64,000 nucleotides of DNA from a virus. The position numbers and the translations under genes are program-made. Position 1 is the stretch's first letter. Each line of letters starts with the position of its first letter. Below are positions 59,114 to 64,000 of this stretch, one piece after another. The stretch spans positions 119,358-183,357 of IMG/VR virus record IMGVR_UViG_3300032268_000973; one strand, given 5' to 3'. The notes under the pieces were generated by a model, which saw only the letters and a list, made by a program, of their open reading frames with translations, did no database searches and had not been told where the DNA came from.

Positions 59114-59839
59114 TTACCTTTCAATTAATTTCCATTCATTTTCTGAAGTCAACACGAGACAGGAGAAGTTTTCAACCCAATCACCTGAGTTGTAGTAATC
59201 GATTCCATCGATTTTTTTAATCACGGGGATATGAATATGTCCACATATGACCGAATCACATTTCTTGGATTTGGCGTATTCACAAGCATTTATTTCAAAG
59301 TCGTTAACGAAGGAGATTGCATTCTTCACATTTTTTTTAATCCATTTGGATATGGAGTAATATGGTTTGCCAGTTCTCATTCTATATTCATTGTACAAAG
59401 TGTTTAGTCGAAGGGCGAGGTCATAACCGATGGATCCAATCTGACTAAGAAATTTATATTTGACGGTGACATCAATTTTATCACCATGGAATATCAGCAT
59501 CTTTTTATCATCATGATTATAGATGTATTCATCCATAAACTTTATGTTTCCGAATTTATATCCATAAACATCTTCCAAGTCTGAGTCATGGTTTCCACGA
59601 AGATATATGATATCAATATCACGGGACATATCAAGAAGTTTCATAATAACTTTTGTATGTTTATTTTTCCATTTGCTTCCACGTTTAAGGGCATCCATAT
59701 CAATGATATCACCATTAAGGATTAGCAGGTCGGTATGAATGGAATCCAAGAATTCCAATATCTTTTTAGGGGAAGAGTCTTTCATTCCCAGGTGGAGGTC
59801 GGACATTATCACGACCTTATAGCCAGTAGTTGTGGTCAT
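59114..59839 (-). CDS. LpxH-like (UDP-2,3-diacylglucosamine hydrolase-like) metallophosphoesterase
   Basis: MSDLHLG, LNGDIID, YLRGNHD, IFHGD, ICGHIH and NSGDWVE motifs. Confidence 0.85.
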   Translation of the reverse strand: MTTTTGYKVVIMSDLHLGMKDSSPKKILEFLDSIHTDLLILNGDIIDMDALKRGSKWKNKHTKVIMKLLDMSRDIDIIYLRGNHDSDLEDVYGYKFGNIKFMDEYIYNHDDKKMLIFHGDKIDVTVKYKFLSQIGSIGYDLALRLNTLYNEYRMRTGKPYYSISKWIKKNVKNAISFVNDFEINACEYAKSKKCDSVICGHIHIPVIKKIDGIDYYNSGDWVENFSCLVLTSENEWKLIER

Positions 59840-60515
59840 ACTTAAAAAACGAGGGATTGTTCTTATTCATTATGGATAGAATGGCAACTTTAACCATATA
59901 AAATAATCCTTTCTTCTTAAATCTTCTGTCGGTGGTATATATCTTCTTATTCACCACCTTAAATAACTTAGGGGAGATTTTACTACTAAGATGAAAATCC
60001 TCAGCAAACTTATCTTCATCATCAAATCCTCCAACTCTAATAAACGATTCAAATTCAAATAACATAAAACCACCAATAGCACATGGGGAATATCTAACAG
60101 ATAAATCTCTAAAGAATTCAAAGATGGGGAATACAAATGAATATCTACCTTCACATCTAAACTTACACGTCACCAACTCCAATGATTGTTTCTGTATAAT
60201 ACTCATACACTCTTTTATGGTGGTGTTATCAATCAAGAATATATCAGCATCCAAGAATAATATATAAGGGGTTGTGGATAACATGGCACCCTTGTTTCTT
60301 GCTACGCTCGGATATCCACCATCAATAATAGTAATGTTCAAATTACTATGGTCTCCCGATAATATAATATCTCTTGTAGAATCATCAGAGGAATCGGCAA
60401 TAATAACTCTTGTACCCGATATGTCCTCTTGTTTACTAATTAAACTCAGAGTCAAATCAATTAACTCCATTTCATTCTTACAAGGTATAACGATTGTTAG
60501 TAGGTCTTTTATCAT
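59817..60515 (-). CDS. Glycosyltransferase family 2
   Basis: IVIPCKNE, IADSSDD, ARNKGA, FLDAD, GGFD and AEDF; ATG at 60515 lies 4 nt below TATTTAT. Confidence 0.88.
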   Translation of the reverse strand: MIKDLLTIVIPCKNEMELIDLTLSLISKQEDISGTRVIIADSSDDSTRDIILSGDHSNLNITIIDGGYPSVARNKGAMLSTTPYILFLDADIFLIDNTTIKECMSIIQKQSLELVTCKFRCEGRYSFVFPIFEFFRDLSVRYSPCAIGGFMLFEFESFIRVGGFDDEDKFAEDFHLSSKISPKLFKVVNKKIYTTDRRFKKKGLFYMVKVAILSIMNKNNPSFFKYDHNYWL

Positions 60516-60657
60516 ACCAATAAATAGAATAAAGAAACTCACGCCATATTAAATAATTGTGATGATTATCTGAAGGGCGGGAATTTTTTTATTTGTGTTT
60601 GGAAATTAGAAAACTTATCTACATCTTTACATTTCAAACATATAAACAAACGCACAC

Positions 60658-61254
60658 ATGAAAAAACTGATTCTAATTTTACTTACATTCGTTGCGACTT
60701 ACTCAGTATTCGGACAAGATGAAGTTGTTCCCGAAATGAAAAAGTTCGAGGACGCTGACTCCCAACTTTACTTATCCAAAGTAATCGAAGTACCAAATCA
60801 AACCCAATCTCAATTAATCAATAGATTCAAGAATTGGGCGTCACTGAATTTTGTAAGTCTTAAAGATGTTATTGTAAGCGAAACTGAAAATCAAATTGTT
60901 TTGGTTTATATTACTGAACCTGTTCATTGGTACAGAGCAATGGGAACGAAAATGTTTTATCCAACTAAATTTTATGTAAGATTGGTTGTACAGTTCAAAG
61001 ATGGGAAAAGTAAATTTTCATTCTTCGATGATGGTAACGCCTTTATTGTCGGAGGTCCTAGTCCGAGAACCCATTACACCTCCGAGTGGTCTAAAACTGT
61101 GGAAACTCCACCGATTCAAGATTATAGAAAAGTTAAATATCTTCAATACGGAGTCATTTGTGCTTGGCAAAGTAATGTAGATAAAATGGTTAAGTCTTTA
61201 GAAGATGGGTTATTAAACGAAACCACATCTTCGCAATTATCGGATGATTTTTAA
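60658..61254 (+). CDS. Secreted DUF4468-like protein
   Basis: Signal peptide ending VFG/QD; SKVIEVPNQTQSQLINRFKNW...VQFKDGK. Confidence 0.65.
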   Translation: MKKLILILLTFVATYSVFGQDEVVPEMKKFEDADSQLYLSKVIEVPNQTQSQLINRFKNWASLNFVSLKDVIVSETENQIVLVYITEPVHWYRAMGTKMFYPTKFYVRLVVQFKDGKSKFSFFDDGNAFIVGGPSPRTHYTSEWSKTVETPPIQDYRKVKYLQYGVICAWQSNVDKMVKSLEDGLLNETTSSQLSDDF

Positions 61255-61259
61255 TAATA

Positions 61260-61286
61260 ACCCTCACTCAAAAGGTGGGGGTTTTT
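61260..61286 (+). repeat. Repeated terminator hairpin, copy 3
   Basis: ACCCTCACTCAAAAGGTGGGGGTTTTT. Confidence 0.85.
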
Positions 61287-61876
61287 TGTTATAGAGAATG
61301 TGTAATATAATTCACTCACTCCATGGTCGGATGAGGAACACTGTCGTGTTCCCGACCATTTCATTCGTTCATTAATTCCACATTCTCCCCCGCCAAACTA
61401 ATCCCCGCTAAATGAGGGGACATTAAACGAGATGGTGTATAGTGTGAAAGTGAGATGTTAAATAAACCATCCCCATTCGGGGAATATCCGAATTAACATA
61501 TATTATTTCACGATATTATAATTTAGGCACGACAAGATATTATAGAAAACCTACGGTATAATTAGATATCTTCTATTCGTCCCACTTCTTACCACCATCT
61601 ATGACATGTCCGTTAAAGGGGAATGTAATGGTCCATATGAGGGGTCATCTAAGATACCCTAATGGTTCGTTGAAGGGGGTTAAAGGTTCACTACGTTCAC
61701 TCACGCGGGGTCTCACTTACTAATCCTTTTTTTGCTAGGATTTAAATATAGTAAAAAAATGGTCTTCCTGATACCGTGAGAGGGGAAAAAGTGGTCATTA
61801 CGCTATAACCAGCCATGAATTCACTATGAATGGTGGGGGAATGTGGCATAGAGTGGGGGAACTAAATATCCCCAAA

Positions 61877-62007
61877 GGGATTATCCCCCATGTAACGCTC
61901 CCCTGACATTTTGTCAAAGTCAAGTTTTTTGGTCATAATAGTTATCCACAAGGGAAAAAGTTTTCCACATGGTGACCCCGCCAGACATAATGTCAGTATG
62001 TGGATAA
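61877..62007. promoter_or_regulatory. Origin-like module A: 22-nt repeat + TGACA/TGTCA elements + DnaA boxes
   Basis: GGGATTATCCCCCATGTAACGC (61877-98); TGACA-TTT-TGTCA (61904-16); TTATCCACA (61942-50); TTTTCCACA (61961-69); AGACA-TAA-TGTCA (61983-95); TGTGGATAA (61999-62007). Confidence 0.65.
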
Positions 62008-62044
62008 CTTTATTTTTATATGTTCCGATGGTATACTTATCAAC

Positions 62045-62302
62045 ATGACAGATTTTATATACAAGATGGATAAGATAGAGGATGGGAGAATACGGTTTAT
62101 TGTTTCCTTCAATGATCAAGAGGTTGGTTCTCTGTATTTTGAGAAAGCAAAGAAGGGGTTTACCAATAAGCCATTGAGCATGGATGCTTGGGTATGTGTT
62201 GATGCAAAGATCGAGAGGTTGTATGAAGTGGTTGATTATGAGATTACCCCCAAAGATATTGTGGAGGTATGTCAAAAGATGATCAGAGGGGAGTATTTAT
62301 AA
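62045..62302 (+). CDS. Hypothetical protein
   Basis: ATG at 62045 preferred; the track GTG start overlaps a DnaA box. Confidence 0.55.
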   Translation: MTDFIYKMDKIEDGRIRFIVSFNDQEVGSLYFEKAKKGFTNKPLSMDAWVCVDAKIERLYEVVDYEITPKDIVEVCQKMIRGEYL

Positions 62303-62315
62303 TAAAGTATTTTCC

Positions 62316-62774
62316 ATGCCAGCTTACATAGAACAATATACCCCTGATCAAATTTATCAATCCCTTCAATTCAAGTATCTCAAGAAGATGATATTGGAGA
62401 AATATCCATGGGTTAAGGACATCACGATCAAGGAGGAATGGTTAAGTAAGTATAACACCATCTACTTGTTGCTTGAAATTAACCCCCTTGAGTTTGCTGA
62501 GTTCTATCATACAAGAGTTGATGAGGGGTTGGTCGGACTGATCAATCATTTGGGGGAGTATTGGGTAAGTTCTTTGTCCTTAATATCTGACATTAGTAGA
62601 AGGGAAGCTGAAGCAATTCAAATGGGGATCCAATATCTTATGGACAAGTATACCAAGACAACATCCATTCCCCCATCCTTAAAGTTAAGGGGGAGATCTT
62701 TCGGGATCGATGGGTTCATTGCTTATAAGAATCTTCTTCAGGACATGGGGGATGAAGAACAAGAAGATGTCTAA
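62316..62774 (+). CDS. Hypothetical protein
   Basis: 152 aa. Confidence 0.6.
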   Translation: MPAYIEQYTPDQIYQSLQFKYLKKMILEKYPWVKDITIKEEWLSKYNTIYLLLEINPLEFAEFYHTRVDEGLVGLINHLGEYWVSSLSLISDISRREAEAIQMGIQYLMDKYTKTTSIPPSLKLRGRSFGIDGFIAYKNLLQDMGDEEQEDV

Positions 62775-62963
62775 ACTTTTTCGACTGACCTAAAGATTCC
62801 CCGAAGATTACAATAAAAGATTGGGGTAGTCCTACAACCATGTTATATAATCTGGATTATGTTAAGTAGGGGAGACGATTCTAAGATATAATTGTACTGT
62901 CATAACAGAACATTCTTTGGTTACCCCTACGTGGTTTTTCATTTAGACTATCTGTCATACCAC

Positions 62964-63174
62964 TTATCCACAATATATTATTCTGTTTGTACCCACAAGT
63001 TATCCACACTAACAACTTGTGGATAACTCATAAGGGGTGGGGGATAAATAAATATATCTAATACTCCCCCTCTGGCATGGGGTATACCCCCCTATATGGG
63101 GGCCCCTCCCCCCGTATCCCCCCTTATGTAGTGTCAGAATGTCAGTTTAGGGGGGATAATCCCCTATGTTACGC
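62964..63174. promoter_or_regulatory. Origin-like module B: DnaA boxes + G/C tracts + TGTCA direct repeat + 22-nt repeat
   Basis: TTATCCACA (62964-72, 63000-08); TGTGGATAA (63018-26); G/C homopolymer palindromes 63060-63125; TGTCA-GAA-TGTCA (63132-44); GGGATAATCCCCTATGTTACGC (63153-74). Confidence 0.65.
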
Positions 63175-63221
63175 AAAAAAATTTTTGGGGAAAAAATGAC
63201 CTTTTTTGGGTATTTATGATT

Positions 63222-63500
63222 ATGAAATATATTATAAGTGAAAGTAGGTTGGATGATATTTTTGAAAAGTATGTGGACCGATATGGATTGGTATATAACA
63301 AACGTCTTAGAGAATTTAATTTGCCAAATGGGGAACCATTTGCGAACATATTTGAAAAACATTTTTACTATGAAAATACTACAGACAAAAACCTCTTAAG
63401 ATCGATGTTTGGGAGTAATACAGATAAGTTAATGCTTTATTATATAAGGAAAAGGTTTCCTAACGTGAAAATAACTGCTGTGGAGCTTTATGAGGAATAA
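63222..63500 (+). CDS. (I/L)xE-leader hypothetical protein
   Basis: MKYIISESRL; TATTTAT at 63211, 4 nt upstream. Confidence 0.65.
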   Translation: MKYIISESRLDDIFEKYVDRYGLVYNKRLREFNLPNGEPFANIFEKHFYYENTTDKNLLRSMFGSNTDKLMLYYIRKRFPNVKITAVELYEE

Positions 63501-63576
63501 CTCTAATAGTTTAATATAACCCCTCCTGATACAGAGGGGTTTTTTATTTTCTAACTATTTATAATAAATTGAAATT

Positions 63577-63999
63577 ATGAAACACATATTAAATAATTTA
63601 TCGGAACAGGAGAAAAACTCTATCCGTGAACAACATACAGGTGGGATAAAGGTAATGACTGAGAGTTTCTCAAAGTTATTAAATTCAAAACTTGGGGATG
63701 TTAAGCCATTGGTTAGTGAACAAATATTACCAGGACTTTCATCAGGTAATTCCTCTAAGGCAGTTGCAGATATTTTTAGAAGTTGCACAGGAGTTAAGGT
63801 ATCTGTTGACCCTAAGGTAAAACAAGCAACAGATTCTATATATAAAGCAATTCAAGGACTTGGAACTAATGAACAAGCAATTATGCAAGCGTTCTCAAGC
63901 TTAAGAAGTAAAAATGAATTTTGCGGCGTAAATAAAACATACCTTCAAACATATGGTACAAATTTATACACTGACCTTGATGGTGATATTGACCAAGAG
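63577..63999 (+). CDS. Annexin-repeat-containing protein, 3'-truncated (not in track)
   Basis: Own translation is open to the window end: ...LVSEQ...ATDSIYKAIQGLGTNEQAIMQAFSSLRSKNEFCGVNKTYLQTYGTNLYTDLDGDIDQE; TATTTAT at 63556. Confidence 0.75.
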   Translation, partial: MKHILNNLSEQEKNSIREQHTGGIKVMTESFSKLLNSKLGDVKPLVSEQILPGLSSGNSSKAVADIFRSCTGVKVSVDPKVKQATDSIYKAIQGLGTNEQAIMQAFSSLRSKNEFCGVNKTYLQTYGTNLYTDLDGDIDQE

Positions 64000-64000
64000 A

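Noticed and set aside
139-60552. Numerous short nested or antisense ORFs in the track (e.g. 139..330, 857..1048, 3428..3691, 17641..17880, 27120..27482)
   Set aside because: They lie wholly within longer, motif-bearing genes and reflect codon bias on the opposite strand or alternate frame.
61323-61359. Hammerhead ribozyme (CGGATGAG + stem)
   Set aside because: The core reads CGGAUGA rather than CUGANGA, and the required GAAA after stem II is absent (CCGAC).
61862-62275. Track minus-strand ORF across origin module A
   Set aside because: It is antisense to 62045..62302, runs through the DnaA boxes and repeats, and has no recognisable motif.
63555-63788. Track minus-strand ORF
   Set aside because: It is the antisense shadow of the plus-strand annexin-repeat gene starting at 63577.
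1-64000. Stop-codon reassignment (alternative genetic code)
   Set aside because: TAA, TAG and TGA all terminate intact, tightly packed genes (e.g. TAG at 19470, TGA at 12051), and conserved proteins are full length in code 11.
1-64000. Bacterial chromosome or eukaryotic giant virus origin for the window
   Set aside because: There are no ribosomal or core metabolic operons, and the dense phage-type replication genes and hypotheticals argue against a chromosome. The bacterial sigma factor, promoters, intrinsic terminators and amidase argue against an NCLDV.

Overview
A 64 kb AT-rich, gene-dense fragment that most likely comes from a very large (jumbo/huge) tailed dsDNA phage infecting a Bacteroidota host. 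No capsid, terminase or portal gene lies in the window, so the phage assignment is inferred from gene content. Host evidence: TTTG-N19/20-TAnnTTTG promoters, a sigma factor resembling the Bacteroidota primary sigma, an Hc1-type small histone-like protein, a DUF4468-like protein, SprB-like repeats and no Shine-Dalgarno sites. Layout: (1) 1-11 kb, Pro/Thr-linker virion fibre/adhesin genes including a delta-60 propeller and an exact 18 x 75-nt BspA/DUF285 array; (2) 11-23 kb, replication/recombination genes (RuvC-like, primase, PD-(D/E)XK exonuclease, split SbcD/SbcC), a candidate type II R-M pair, a pyrimidine-dimer glycosylase and the sigma factor; (3) 23-26 kb, a possible lysis block; (4) 26-47 kb, head-associated, chaperone, redox and methyltransferase genes; (5) 47-48.3 kb, initiator tRNA-Met followed by an ~800-nt highly structured RNA resembling GOLLD; (6) 48-61 kb, accessory genes, among them paralogous proteins with a shared N-terminal (I/L)xE leader and a GT2 + LpxH-like pair; (7) 61.3-63.2 kb, a mostly non-coding bipartite region with two clusters of perfect DnaA boxes and a duplicated 22-nt palindrome-containing repeat, which is a candidate replication origin. 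The window ends inside an annexin-repeat gene. All family assignments come from motif recognition by eye; no searches were run. Several real small ORFs missing from the supplied track were recovered.
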